A stretch of 64,000 nucleotides of DNA from Mytilus edulis (lineage: Eukaryota), in contig NC_092353.1 in assembly GCF_963676685.1 (NCBI RefSeq), positions 16,368,001 through 16,432,000 on the forward strand, in the 5' to 3' direction. The notes under the pieces are model-generated. The model was given only the letters and a program-made list of their open reading frames with translations, did no database searches and was not told the origin of the DNA. This document shows positions 11,751 to 24,852 of this stretch, piece by piece; positions within the stretch are counted from its first letter, which is position 1, and each line of letters begins with the position of its first letter. The position numbers were made by a program, and so were the translations under genes.

Positions 11751-14700
11751 TTTATTTCATTTATTTGGAGTTCGATGAGATATATGACATCACCAGTAAG
11801 ACATTTTAGTATCATGTTGATCAACCCAGTCTCGCTTCTTTTGAGGTTCACTACATTTCCGCTTTTTTTTTATCTTGATTTGTCTACTTTGTAAATCAAT
11901 GTTACATGCATTTAGCGAATGAATGTACATATATAGGAACGTGAAGTTTAAGGATATTGCTAGGATCTTTTCATTTTTTTAGTAAAGGTTCTGTATAAAG
12001 TACTCTCGAATGGAAAAAAAATACATCAAGAGCGGCACAGTTGGTTTTCATAGGACAGCTGATTATATGTTGAAAACACATCCTTCAAACACAATAAAGA
12101 TTATGTCAAACAAACAATCAATCATCTTCGTGATAGATATGTTTCAGATAAATTATTGTTTATCAGAGTATTTATTATATCCCTTCCTAAAACAGGATAT
12201 TTGTATGTACATTAGTCAGCCTTTCTTTTTTCAAGCAAAGTTGATCAAATTTATTCAATCTTTATTTAAGAATAGAATTGATTAGGAAAACTTTTGTAAA
12301 TGATAGAGAAAAAAAAAGTTTATTATTTTACTGCAAAAGGAAAGCGATTTAGGTTGAATGTTTCTAACAGATCTACGGAATTTTTCAAATATGATTCACA
12401 TCATGGCAAAAAAGGCAGTTTTACAAAAGCTCTGAACCTGGCTAGTATTACCGATAACAGATATGTTCGTAATTGGGAAAGAGTTTACAAGAATTATGAG
12501 GCAGTAATTCGTTTATTTGGGCAATACAGTTTTGACTTGTATTTTTTGACAATATATTATTTCATTTTTACAATATTTCAGATAAACTGATTAATAAGAT
12601 TTAGCCTACAGATGTTGAGTGTGCTCCACTTTGAGATACAAGTAACCTTAAACTTTTCAAATTATCAATTCTAGGTGTCTAAAGCAATCATGTGCTGTAA
12701 TGAAAATGAGTGCAAAGATAGTACCACCACAAATGCAAACAAGATAGTCCAAACTGTTACTGAGCCTACAGTCATTATAACCGGTAAAAAAGTTATGCAT
12801 TTGATAAAAACACGATTGTGAGGGTTTGTTTTCCTTTTTTTTTTTTTTTTTAATTTAAGTGGTTATGTTTAGAAAAAAATGAAACCAACTTCATATGTAC
12901 TTTGTATAATTGGTATAAATTGCAGTTAGGCTGTGTTGTAGTAGAATCAAATACAACACAATGCTTATTATCAAGCTTTTGAAATTAAGAATTATACCAT
13001 TTTGAATTGCTCGGTGAAATTCATTTTGGAATTCATAAGAACGAAGTCACACTGTTATTACTTATCAGTTGTCAAATTACATTTTAGAATTGTATCAGTT
13101 GATATTGCACACTACTGTACTTTTTAGAAACATATATATGCAGTCTCTGTTAAAACCCTAACCTCTACATGTCTAAATATAGCAACAATTATCATTTAAT
13201 CTATCTAGGCGTGGTGTATTTATGTACTCACTATTTAAACTTATGTACACGCTAATAAGTGTTAAACAATATTTTTTATATTTTTTATATTCTATTCGTG
13301 CAATATTTCGCTAAACAAATTACCTCCATCATGTAATACGATATACTTTCGATAAACATTTCTCTGTTTATACCTGTTGCAGATAAATTTTAATATATTT
13401 GAAATCTTAATTTGTGGTGTTTTAAACTAATTATATCAATATTTTTCTTCTTTTTTTTTTTTTTTTGGTTTAAGGAAAATGTGAGAAAACAAGCTGCTTA
13501 AATGGAGGTGTGTGTATTGTATTTGGTAACAACACCCTTTGTCAATGTAGTTCGCAATACTTTGGAAATAAATGTCAGTTGACAGGTAAATATAAATCTA
13601 GTACTGAACAGACTATGCAACAAATCAAAATAGCCAAATATGACCATGTGTTAGCTTGCAATATTCCTGGAATTACATTTGCAATATTGTTTGTAAATAT
13701 TACCATAAACAATATCTTAACAGGAAAATATAATCATGGCACATACACTTAACACAGGATAATAAATGCGGTTATGCATATCAATCATATCCGGTATGAG
13801 TTAGAATCATTGTAAACGTGCAATGCATTCCTGTGTGAAAAGTTCCTGCTTTTTAAGTACATATTGAACTATGGAATGCAGAAATCGGTCAAAAATAGAC
13901 ATGGCTTTAAAAAATTACTGATGGCTCCGGACATATTGATCTACTACTTAAAGGGACTGTCAAATTCATGTTCATCGATTTGACTCAAATTCGATTGATA
14001 ACAATGTAAAACATTTATCCAAATAATGAAAAATCTAAAGTCTAAAATAAACAATATACCAGACATGGGCTCAAAAATATGAAGCTTTGTTTCGAGTATG
14101 TTTTAGTCTAGACACCATCTAATTAACTGCCGAGTTAACCTCCGAATACCTCCGATTGCCATATAAGCGATATAAACATAAATAAAGATATAAATAGAAT
14201 TCAGACTCACTCATTTGGATTTTCTAGGTCTGTTAAATTTCGTATTATAGATTAAATCTATATGTTAATAATCGTTTTTACCTGTATAAGAATGATTTGT
14301 TTTGTGGATCGAATCAGTCAATCAAATCATTAACCTTTATTTCACTTTTAATAATCACATTCTTTTCCTTTAAATTATTGAACTCGCACAATGCATGTGG
14401 TATCCATCACCAGCTAAGGGGTTAAATTGATGTTCAAATGAATACGGATTCAATGACGTCGAATAATTCACTTGCAAGTGAATAATTAATCATCAATATT
14501 TCTTAGCTTTTTGAGAAATTGAACCATACTGGCTGCTAAAAGAGATATATTATTTCACTTTGTCACTTTCATTAATGATTGTACAAGAAAAAAAATCATA
14601 TTTGATATTTTTTATATATCTCGTAGCTAATGCACCGTAAAGTAAAGTACAGTAAAACAACGTATAATGGTAAATAAGTAAATAAAAGCTAACGTATTAT

Positions 14701-14770
14701 GAATATCAATTAATAGGAATTATCATATTAATATTTTGCTATTCCAAATTGGTTATTATAATTATTCCAG

Positions 14771-15996
14771 AACATAAAGGAACCCAGTTTCTTTTGGTGA
14801 TTCCAGAGCAGTATAGTAGTGGCATGCCAAGCTTAAGATCTAAAGTGTTAATCGCAACTGACAATTCAACGTTGATTTGGGTCTATTATTCTAAATCACG
14901 AATACATTCATCAACATTCATCCATATTTCAGAACCATACTATTATCCAGAGACAAATCTAGTAACACGTGATGGTTACAATACAGCCGGAATTGAAGTT
15001 AGCTCTGAAGTTCCAATGTCAATGTACGGTTTTATTCAGAACGACTGGGATGACAACAGTGAAGGATTTTTGGCTTTCCCAGTACACTATGCGGCAAAAT
15101 CCTACATCGTTCCCTCATTTACCGTTTCCAAATTAAGAGGTTTTTCGGTTTTTTCACCTTTGGAATCGGATACTAAAATTCAGATAAATCTGAAAATGAA
15201 GTCCGGCTCGTTGGTTTTTCACAAAGTAACGTACAAAAACAAAGATACAATACAAATTGTACTTCAAAAACACGAAACCTTTCAACTTTCACATTCATCT
15301 GACCTAACAGGAACATTGGTCACTGCAAACAAACGATTTCTTTTAATTAGTGGAAATGTTTGCAGTTACATAATAAACATAGGAGGATGCAATCCATTCA
15401 TTGAAATGGTTTTACCAATAAATCAACTCGATAAATTCTCTGTAATACCAAAAATAGTAACACGCCATACATGTACTGTTCGGATATTGGCTGTAAATTT
15501 CACCATTGTTAAAATTAAACTTGGTGAACATCTTATTGAAGTAGAATTACAAGCGAGGCAATTTCATGATTTCAGTTATACTGATAGTTCAAGTGTATCG
15601 GCTTCAGATGATATAATGGTAATCGTGTTTCCTCATGAAGAAGCAAGCACTCGCTCAAATTCATTCATGATGACCATACATGGAACCAATCAGTTTTTAA
15701 ATGAATATTTATTTGTTGTACCTGAGGGTTTTACAAGCTTTCTAAGTGTTGTTGTCGAGACGGTAGATACCGATGGCTTCGTTCTTGATGACATGTCAGT
15801 CACAAATGATTTATTCGATCGCCAATCAATAATATCAGAGTCAATGATTTTTAGTACTTTCTCAATAAGAGTAAAAAGTGGTAGGCACAAGTTCACCCAT
15901 TTGAAAGGTACATTTTTCGGATTGTGGGTGTATGGGAATGCCTGGTATGATGGTTACGGATATCCTGCAGGATTAGCAATGAAAACACATGTGTAG
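14771..15996 (+). CDS. Terminal exon encoding IgGFc-binding protein N-terminal-type domain (FCGBP-like)
   Basis: Long open exon after acceptor ttccag. Family-typical motifs GTQFLLVIP, SEGFLAFP, LQKHETFQL, DLTGTLVTANK..ISGNVC, FIEMVLP, FGLWVYG..YDGYGYPAG. Confidence 0.9.
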
Positions 15997-17488
15997 TGGT
16001 ATTCTACAGAAATAGCAATGAAAACACATGTGTAGTGCTTTCATTTACTTAATATACCAAGTGAACTCTCAGATGTTAATGAATTACTACATGTAATTGA
16101 GACCGTGTGACAAATTCGCTCTTTCTTTCTACATGACAGTGGACTACATAATAAAATGTTAAAACCTTGAAACAATGGCATACACAGTATATTCACTCAA
16201 TTTACTGACATTTACAGTACTATGTGACCTTTTCTGTGTATTTGCTTGTCATTTAACTCAGACTTACTAGATAATTACTATAATTATGTTAAGATTTGAT
16301 AAGATTTGTAAAATATATTCTGCAATTGTGTTGTATTATATTCATAAACTCCCTATTACTAGACGTATTATGATATACCGTTTACGTCCGTACGTTCGTC
16401 TGCAGATTCGTTCGTCTGTCAACAACATGTCAGACAATAACCCAATAAGTCTTATACAAAAACTCCTAAATGAATTTACATGAAACTTTTGTGAATTGTT
16501 TTTATCTTTGGACTTGAGCTCCCTTTCGATTTAAAATGTTAGATTTACGCTGCAAGTCATTGGGTGTTGTTCATTAAAAAATTATCAAACTTTGATGAAT
16601 AATTTCTGTCTATTGTATGTGTATTGAAACATACAGCTGCATCGAAACATTACCAATTTGTAGATTTCATCTTTTAAAATTTCAATCAAATAACGTTAGC
16701 GTTTATAGGGTCTTCTGCAATCAATTGTAATGTAGTATCACTGTAAACCGATAGAAATTTTAATTATTTTATTCATTAGACAAAGACGAGTCCAAAATGA
16801 TGCTCACAACCTTTGGATGTATTATACATGCATCTGCCATAGATGATCATTGTGTATGATAATAAACTCATCAAAGATACCAGGATTAAAATTTTATATT
16901 TACGTCAGACGCGAGTTTCGTCTTCAAAAGACTCATCAGAGACGCTCGAATCAAAAGGCCAAATAAAGTTCGAAGTTGAAGAGCATTGAGGACCAAAAAT
17001 TCCTAAAAGTTTTGCCAAATACAGTTAAGGTAATCTATTCCTGAGGTAGAAAAACATTAGTATTTCAAAAATTCAAAGTTTTGTTAACAGTTAATTTATT
17101 ATTAATAACAGATCAATGATAATTCAGATCAACACATAAGTGCTAACTAATGGGCTTGTGATACCCTCGGTGAAATAAATCTCCATCAGCAGTGGCATCG
17201 ACCCCGTGGTTGTAAATAAACTCATCATATATAGAAAAGACATTGTCATTCAAACGAACAACTAAAATTTGAGTTGCTACGTGCAAAAATTTCGTAATTT
17301 TTAAAGACGGTACATGACGATACTGTCATTAATATTTTGTCTGGGACAATACATGCATGCAAATTACATAAACATGCCTTATCTCATTTGAAAATCAGGT
17401 TAATAGATTGTCTAGAAGATTCCAATACAAGCCATGACCTGAATGATTATATATTCAAAGATTATATATTAGGATTGATATAATCACC

Positions 17489-20400
17489 ATGGATAAGATG
17501 ATTCTATGTTTGTTTACATTTGTTATCGGTAAGAGTAGCATTTATCCTTCGTGAGATTTTTTTCTATCACGCAGAATCACATTAAGACATTAAGGTTGCG
17601 GTTATATTTTTATATGCTCAATATTTAATGTTAGTGAATTGTTTTGCAGGAAAAAATACAAAGGACACCATATTTGGATTAGTAAAAAATACATTCTGTC
17701 CTATATAAGAAACTTCATTCGCTTTAATGAATTCGTGATCTTCCTGAATGCCAACTGTTGTTGTGGAACATAACTGCACTTTTGCGTATACAATAGATCT
17801 CTCAAATAAATAAGTATATTTGATAAAGTTTAGTTTTCAATTTTGATTTTAATAGTATTTACTTAGGAAGATATATCTTGTGAAATGCAAGCCTTGTGAG
17901 CAATACTTCTAGATCGATTTTCCTCCGTTTCTTGGTGGGGTCAAAGTTCATAGATCAATAGTTTTTATGTAGTGATTTGTAGGTTAAGACCAATAGTTTT
18001 GACATACAGAGAGCCTAGTATATTTATCAACTCAAACAGTCCTTTCAGTACGGATTGTACCGCCGAATGATCATATGTCTATTCCCTGTTAACCATTCAA
18101 GAAGTGTTAGTATTATCGTTGCTGATTGATTATAGTTCAACAAAAAACCTTAGATTAAAAATAAACATCGTTGAAAAGGTACTAGTGCTGACAAATGGGA
18201 TGCTGGGCAATACTATGGTCAGGTACTTGATAATTCAACGACAGCAGCATTGATACAAAGAAAAAGTAAATTTACAATAATACCAATCTCCAATGAAAAT
18301 TCGAATCGGAAAGTCCTTTGTTAAATTTTAAAATCAAAAGCTCAATAACATCTAAAAGAACGATCATATTCCTGACTTGGTACAGGCATTTTTGTATGTA
18401 GAAAATAGTGGATTAAATCTTGTTTTAAAGCCAGCAAAACCTCTAACTTGAATGTATTATATGAACAAACACACATATTACTAGGTAAAAATGTCAATAT
18501 TTGTGGTAAACTTCTCATAGTTATAAACAAGCAAACATGTCAACAGAGAAAAACATAAGAGATAAGAATGCAATACAGTCAATAGTGAAATAACACAACG
18601 GTGGGATATATAAATACCGAGCCACGGCAATATACTTATAACGAGTTATTAAAAATATTTAAATTTAAATGTCAACTACTTTCAGGATTAGCTTTTGTGT
18701 CTTGTATCTCTAAATGCCCAAAGGACTGGGCAGAATATCGTGGCGAATGTTTTCTGTTTAGTATTGACAGAAGGACTTGGGTTGACGCACAAGTAAGTTT
18801 TTATTTAAAACAAATCTATTCTTTTGCAAATTGTTTATTGCTTTTGTATTTACATTGTATCATAGATCAAATGTGTTCATTCAGTGTATATTCACTCGTT
18901 TGTGTTACTATGTCTTTTTATTCAGTTTAGCCATTTCACTATTGTTTCAGGTAAAATTGAAGGTTGGTACCTACCGAAGCGTTCAAACCCGCTGCATTTG
19001 TTTGTATCCATCTCAAGTCAAGAGCCTGATATTCAGTGTTTGTCGTTTGGTGATGTGGTTCATAAGTGTTTCTCGTGTTTCGTTTTAATGACCGACACTA
19101 TGAATTATTTTGCCGACACAAATAACTTTAAATAGAACTATAAGATTGCATGTATATCATTAATGCATAAATACTGTAATTGCTTTGTCATATTTGAATA
19201 CTATAATATGTCGTTAGGTATAGGTTTGGTTTTAAAAATACTAACAGTATAGAGCACACTTTTTAAGGCAATTCTATTTTTTTCATTTAAATAATGCCTA
19301 TGTTACCTTATTGAAACAATTCAACTAGTTGGTTGTCGTTTGTTTATCTGTTACATATTTGTTTTTCGTTCATTTTTAATTATTTAAATGAGGCCGTTAG
19401 TTTTCTCGTTTGAATTGTTTTACAATGTCATATCGGGGCCTTTTATAGCTGAGTTTGCGGTATGGGCTTTGCTCATTGTTGAAGGCCGTACGGTGACCTA
19501 TATTTGTTAATGTCTGTGTCTTCTTGGTCTCTTGTGGACAGTTGTCTTATTGGCAATCATACCACATCTTCTTGTTTATAGTTACATAAAAATTGTTTGT
19601 TCGAATTTTTTTACTTTGTTTAGAAAAACTGTCGAACTCATCAGGCGTATTTGGTAACAGATGACAATGCAGAAAAACACAATTTTATTAGACAAATTCT
19701 CAGTGTCTTAGACGGTAAATATAACATGTAGATAACACACCACCAAGACAGTAACTCAACCCCAATAAAATTTGTAAACATATAGAGGTCGTTTTAAATA
19801 TATGCCTTCCATCAGGACATTACTCTATTACTAAATATTTGTCTAAAACAATCTATAGATTTACTATACTACGAATTATAAAAAAAGAAAACTTAAACTC
19901 ATTAGTCGTAAACAAAGTGATAACTCAAAGCCAAATGAACGAAACACGACCAAAAGACAAACAACAGTATACAAAATACAACATAAAACCTAACAATTAG
20001 CCAACATGAACCCAACCAAAAGCCTGGAGATGGGGAGTGATCTCATGCGTTCCATGAGGGTACGTAGATTTCTCCCAACATGTAATACCCTCGTGTTACT
20101 CCTGTACGTTTTATCAAATGATCAGATATCATAAGATAGAAAATTCCTAGACCGATTCATTAAAGATCGCTCGAAGGGCCAATGTGAACGCTTTAAATCG
20201 ATCATAACTGAAACAAATAAAGAGGTAGTTTACTTTAAGTCGATCTAGAGTGAAACCGATCTTACATCAAATGTGAACGCATAGATCGGTTTAAACTAGT
20301 ACGATTTAATCGAAAATAACGTATGCGCTTGTATAGCGGCATAACTATCCCAGAGGTTGGATCTTTAACAAATGCTATATTTCAAAACCAATTGAAAACA

Positions 20401-22177
20401 TGTTCAATGTTTTCGCCGTAGAATATATTTGCGAAATCTGTGTCTTCTTTTCTTATGCTGATTTGTTTTTCTTTTCAGGAACCGCAGTATTTATTCATGT
20501 TGTAACTTCGTTGCTACAGTTATTCTTCTTTTTTCGAAATTAAAGAAAACTGCAATAACACCAATATCAAAATTTGTATTAAGCATGTGATTCAAGAAAA
20601 ACAATAACTTTATCCACAAGTGTGTGTAACAGTGTATTAACACATCAATTTCATAAACCAGTTTTATTTATACACAATGTTTACAGTTTTATGAATAAAA
20701 AGGTTAAATGAATTGCGGTTTTGATTGCAGTGTGAACACAAAAGAGATCGTTATTATTAAAGATAATGTGAACGCTAACTTGTTTTGTTTAGATTGATTG
20801 AAATGAGATCAACTAAAAAAAGCTAGTGTAAAAGGGGTCTAAGTGACTGTTATCTAATCCCAATTCATCTCTAATTAAATAAACCATCGGTAAAAAAAGA
20901 ATGCTTCTGAAGAGTAGGCAGATCCTACTCCACATGTTGCACACTTAGTAATATTTTATGTATATATATATATATATGTATAAACTACTAATCAGTTTTA
21001 AATGAGTTCTTTAAAATAAATGCATAATACAACAATTTCATATACAACATCTTCTACATTATATGATCCATATAATATCTAAACATAACTACACCCCTTG
21101 ATAAAACTATTTGGTACATATATTTAGTCAACTTCACTCTTCGCCAGTTAATCAGCCTCATACAAAATTGTATGTAAATTTTCTGGCATTGACCTTATAT
21201 TGTATATATGCCACAGTGTTAAAACTTTCTTTTTCTTTATTTTTGCCGAAGTTAAAGTCAACAAAGATACGAATCTGTCTTATTCTAATGGAAGATATTA
21301 AACATTACTTTCAGGAGAAAGAATTCAGAACTTTTTTGTTGGAGCAACAGATCAAGCATTTGAAGGAGAGTGGCGTTGGTTAGAAACTGGTGTCCCACTT
21401 AAAGGTTACACAGCCTGGGGACCAGGAAAACCAGAACATAATGCCACACTTGCCAACAAACAGAACTGTTTGATGTATTACTGGGTTGATGATGACGTGT
21501 TTTGGACTGACCACGATTGTTCTGATAGACATGTTCATTTCATCTGTGAAAAACAGTAAGTACCAGAATTAAAATCGTATAATCAAGATTTTCCATTCTT
21601 GAAAAAAAACCATTAAAATGGAAGAGTCAACTATACATATATTTGTTTCGTGTAAAATTTTATGATGATTTTCACGTTTACACATTTACTTTCACATGAA
21701 TGAAGATACGGTCCTTTATTGTCGTGCACTTTGTGTTGTGTTATAAATATATAGGCGAGTATTTAAAAAGGTAAAAAATTTTTAAAAACCTGAACAATTT
21801 AGTACACCTCTTACGAATACAGTTGCATAATCTGCAGTCTTTGAAAAAGTATATCCGTCAACATTGAAAACATTTACATATATGAAATGTATATCGCTCT
21901 TTCTTTTTTGATTTAATACGTGCATTTCAGTTCCTATACACGTCAACATTATATTTTCAAGCAAGACGACTTTTGGTTTGATAAACATTTATAAATGTTT
22001 TTTCTATAAAAACATTGATTAACCAAGACGATTTCGTTGCTTATTATATTTACCGAGCCTGGTATCCGGGTTTTTTAACACTTTAATGTATCTTAAATAA
22101 CAGAAATGTATTTAAAGTTTTCAAACATTTTTTTCAGGGCTACAGATTTTCAAAATAATACACAGATTATCGGATAA
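17489..22177 (+). CDS. C-type lectin 2 (perlucin-like), secreted, 172 aa
   Basis: Exons 17489-17528, 18686-18792, 19624-19714, 21315-21555, 22138-22177 (519 nt, in frame). Signal peptide MDKMILCLFTFVIGLAFVSC; CPKDW..EC; FVGATDQAFEGEWRW; KPE and WTD motifs; ends ATDFQNNTQIIG*. Confidence 0.93.
20148..20841. mobile_element. Harbinger-like MITE in intron 3 of lectin 2
   Basis: Imperfect TIRs TAGACCGATTCA / TGTAAAAGGGGTCTA; repeated AATGTGAACGC motif. Appears to interrupt a Penelope-type 3' remnant (about 19890-20100 and 20905-20945). Confidence 0.45.
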
Positions 22178-23539
22178 AGCAAGTTATTCCAGGACATATA
22201 GGCATTAAATGGTGTCAAATTGAATATCTTGTTACTTTTAATTAAAGCTTCAAACAGCAAAAGGAAAAATCTAACTAAATGAACAAATAGTTTCAAGTGA
22301 TGTATATTTGAGACACATGATGGTATAAAGTTTGTTTTTTATTTGGAGTAAGTGTTGGTTTTTCTGTTGCTCTAATGGAAAATTTGGTTTATCGTCACTT
22401 GTATCAAACTGATAATAACGTACACGAACAATCATCTAAAAATACGCTTGGGTTTTTATGCTCCTATTGCATTTTTAAAAGTGTTTCCCATTACTCTTCT
22501 TCAATTTAGCTTTTCCACCCGTCCTATTTTTATAACTCTTACTAAGTTTGCCTTATCCTCCACATTTTTTGAAACTCATACAAAATGCTTCGAATCAAGT
22601 CATATAGACATATTTAATAGTTATATTTGAGCAGTGGGTCACTTACCGTTGTAGAGAATGTCCCTTACACCTTGGAAAATTGATTTTTCCCCGCTCTCTA
22701 ACTTAAGTTTAACAGTGAGTCACATACCGTTCTAGAAATTTGCCTCTTTTCATCTTTTAAATTTGCAAAGATTGAGAGGGGGAATTCGTGTCTTAGATAC
22801 ATTCTTCTTTTATCAACTGTTATGTTTATAAGTGCTCAGTTAAATCCAATCAGACAATATTTAAGTGTACGAAAAAAAAAGGATTATAATAATCAAACGT
22901 TTAGGTCTAAACTTTTTATGAAGAAACACAACATATTCTGTAATTCAAAGTACATTTAAACATGACATTTGATGTTGAAGAATATGCTATACACTATATT
23001 TACCATTCTCTTGTCATTAAAGATTGCAATTTGTAAATACAGCTATTTTTCAAACCACACCCCCTTCCGTAGACACTAAACACTTTTCATAGATTCTTAA
23101 TTCTGTTTACGTACTGGTTCCTATATATGATATCTATGTTTCAATTCATAGCGACATAACTTGGGAATGCTACCAGTAAATATACATATACATCTTGGTC
23201 AAATTGAAATCTGTGGGAACCCTTAAGTCCAGGTAGGGGTATAAGGGAATTTAAGTGTAAGTTTAAAACTCGTAGAAGTTCGGTGCATACAAACATTGAC
23301 AATATGCTGCACAGCCCTATATTTTAACATTTGAAAAATATAGCAGTGTATATGAATTTTCCTTTCTAGTATATATATTTATTTATAGTAAAAGTGGTAC
23401 AGTTTTAGACACAAAAGGAGTTCCTATGGGATATTGGATGATAGGTATTTACAGAAATGCACCCTATATAGACTGCAAATTTAGACAGATTTAACTTTGT
23501 TAACCAAATAACACAATACAATTGTACAAAGGATACGTA

Positions 23540-23715
23540 TACACTTTCACAACAATATAATTGTTATAAGCATAGTTATAAACTTTCACAGCAATATGAT
23601 TTTTAAAAACATAGTTATAAACTTTCACAACAATATGATTGTTAAAAGCATAGTAATAAACTTTTTACAACAATATGATTGTTCAAAGAATACTTATACA
23701 CTTTCATAACAATAT
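23540..23715 (+). repeat. Minisatellite, 39-bp unit x about 4.5 (AACTTTCACAACAATATGATTGTTAAAAGCATAGTTATA)
   Basis: Directly visible. Confidence 0.9.
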
Positions 23716-24852
23716 CTCTCAATTCAAGAAATTGGAATTGTAATTTTTCAGTTTTAGACATGCGTTTTGTTTTTAAATTAGGCAATTATACTAATAATAG
23801 GATGACATGTGTAATGAACTATTTGGTCCGGGGAAACTCTTGTTTACGTTGTAAGTATATATTTCATTTCCTCCTAATTGCCTGGAATACTGAATGCTTT
23901 TATTTTTTCTACAAGAGTTTAACCTTCCAATAACATTTGAATTATCATGCAATAAGCATAGAATCATAACAAAATGTTTGTTTGTTTTATCAAATTTAAG
24001 AATAACTTTCCTTCATATTCCGGCCAACCTTAGCATGCTTAGCATACTGTGATTTTGCCAGTTATTTGGCAGTCACAATAAGCGACTATATAATTATTCT
24101 TAGCCAAAATGAGACTTCATAGAATGGAAATTCCCGATTGTGTTTGTACAGTCAATCAACGGCGCAAACAAATTGCACAACCCTGAATTGTTTTAGGGAG
24201 GTGACATCAAATTGCTGTGATACTTTATAGGCCACAAAAAATATTTGGATTCCGACATTTTCTTCATCTAAGGAGTGGCATCGGATTATATAACTGTAAC
24301 AGTATTGTTTATTGCAAAATTGAATTTGATACACAAATTTGTGTTTATGTTTTAGTTTAAAGATCTTAAAGTGTCAATATTTTTGACAAAGATCGTAGCG
24401 ACAGAGTCACAGAAAAAGAATTATGAGACAAAAGATACTTCAGCGAATGTAACTTATTTTATGAATTCCAATATTACAATATGAATTTCAGATAGATCGG
24501 AATATTAGAGAAGCAGCATTCAAGTCCTTACATTAAGAGATTCATATACATAGCCACACATTTTAGTTGTGCAAAATTAACAGTCTCGAGTACAATGGTA
24601 CAAAAATGTAGAACTTTTATGAATATATTCATTTAGGTCTGAAATTTTGTGCTGATTTATTACATATATTGTTGACTAATAAATTATTATTATGTATAAT
24701 GTCAACTTAGGTAAAATGATAACAAAACTGTGTCGTATCAATCGAAACATTTATAGATATGGCTGCCTACGTTAACATAAGGTCAATTAACTGACCCAAA
24801 GTTGAGAACTTGAAACCAGAACTCAGTTATCTATCAGTGTGAGACAGCAAAT

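Larger units (their letters stand above)
9331..15996 (+). pseudogene. Type II membrane protein gene (Tyr-motif tail, TM, Cys-rich module, EGF, IgGFc-binding domain) with in-frame premature stop at 9418-9420
   Basis: Phase-compatible exons 9331-9622, 10808-10914, 12675-12783, 13475-13585, 14771-15996 (1845 nt). The frame is open except for TAA at codon 30. TM segment RKKVALVVTSSIVISIISVVWLF. EGF CEKTSCLNGGVCIVFGNNTLCQCSSQYFGNKC. Confidence 0.7.
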
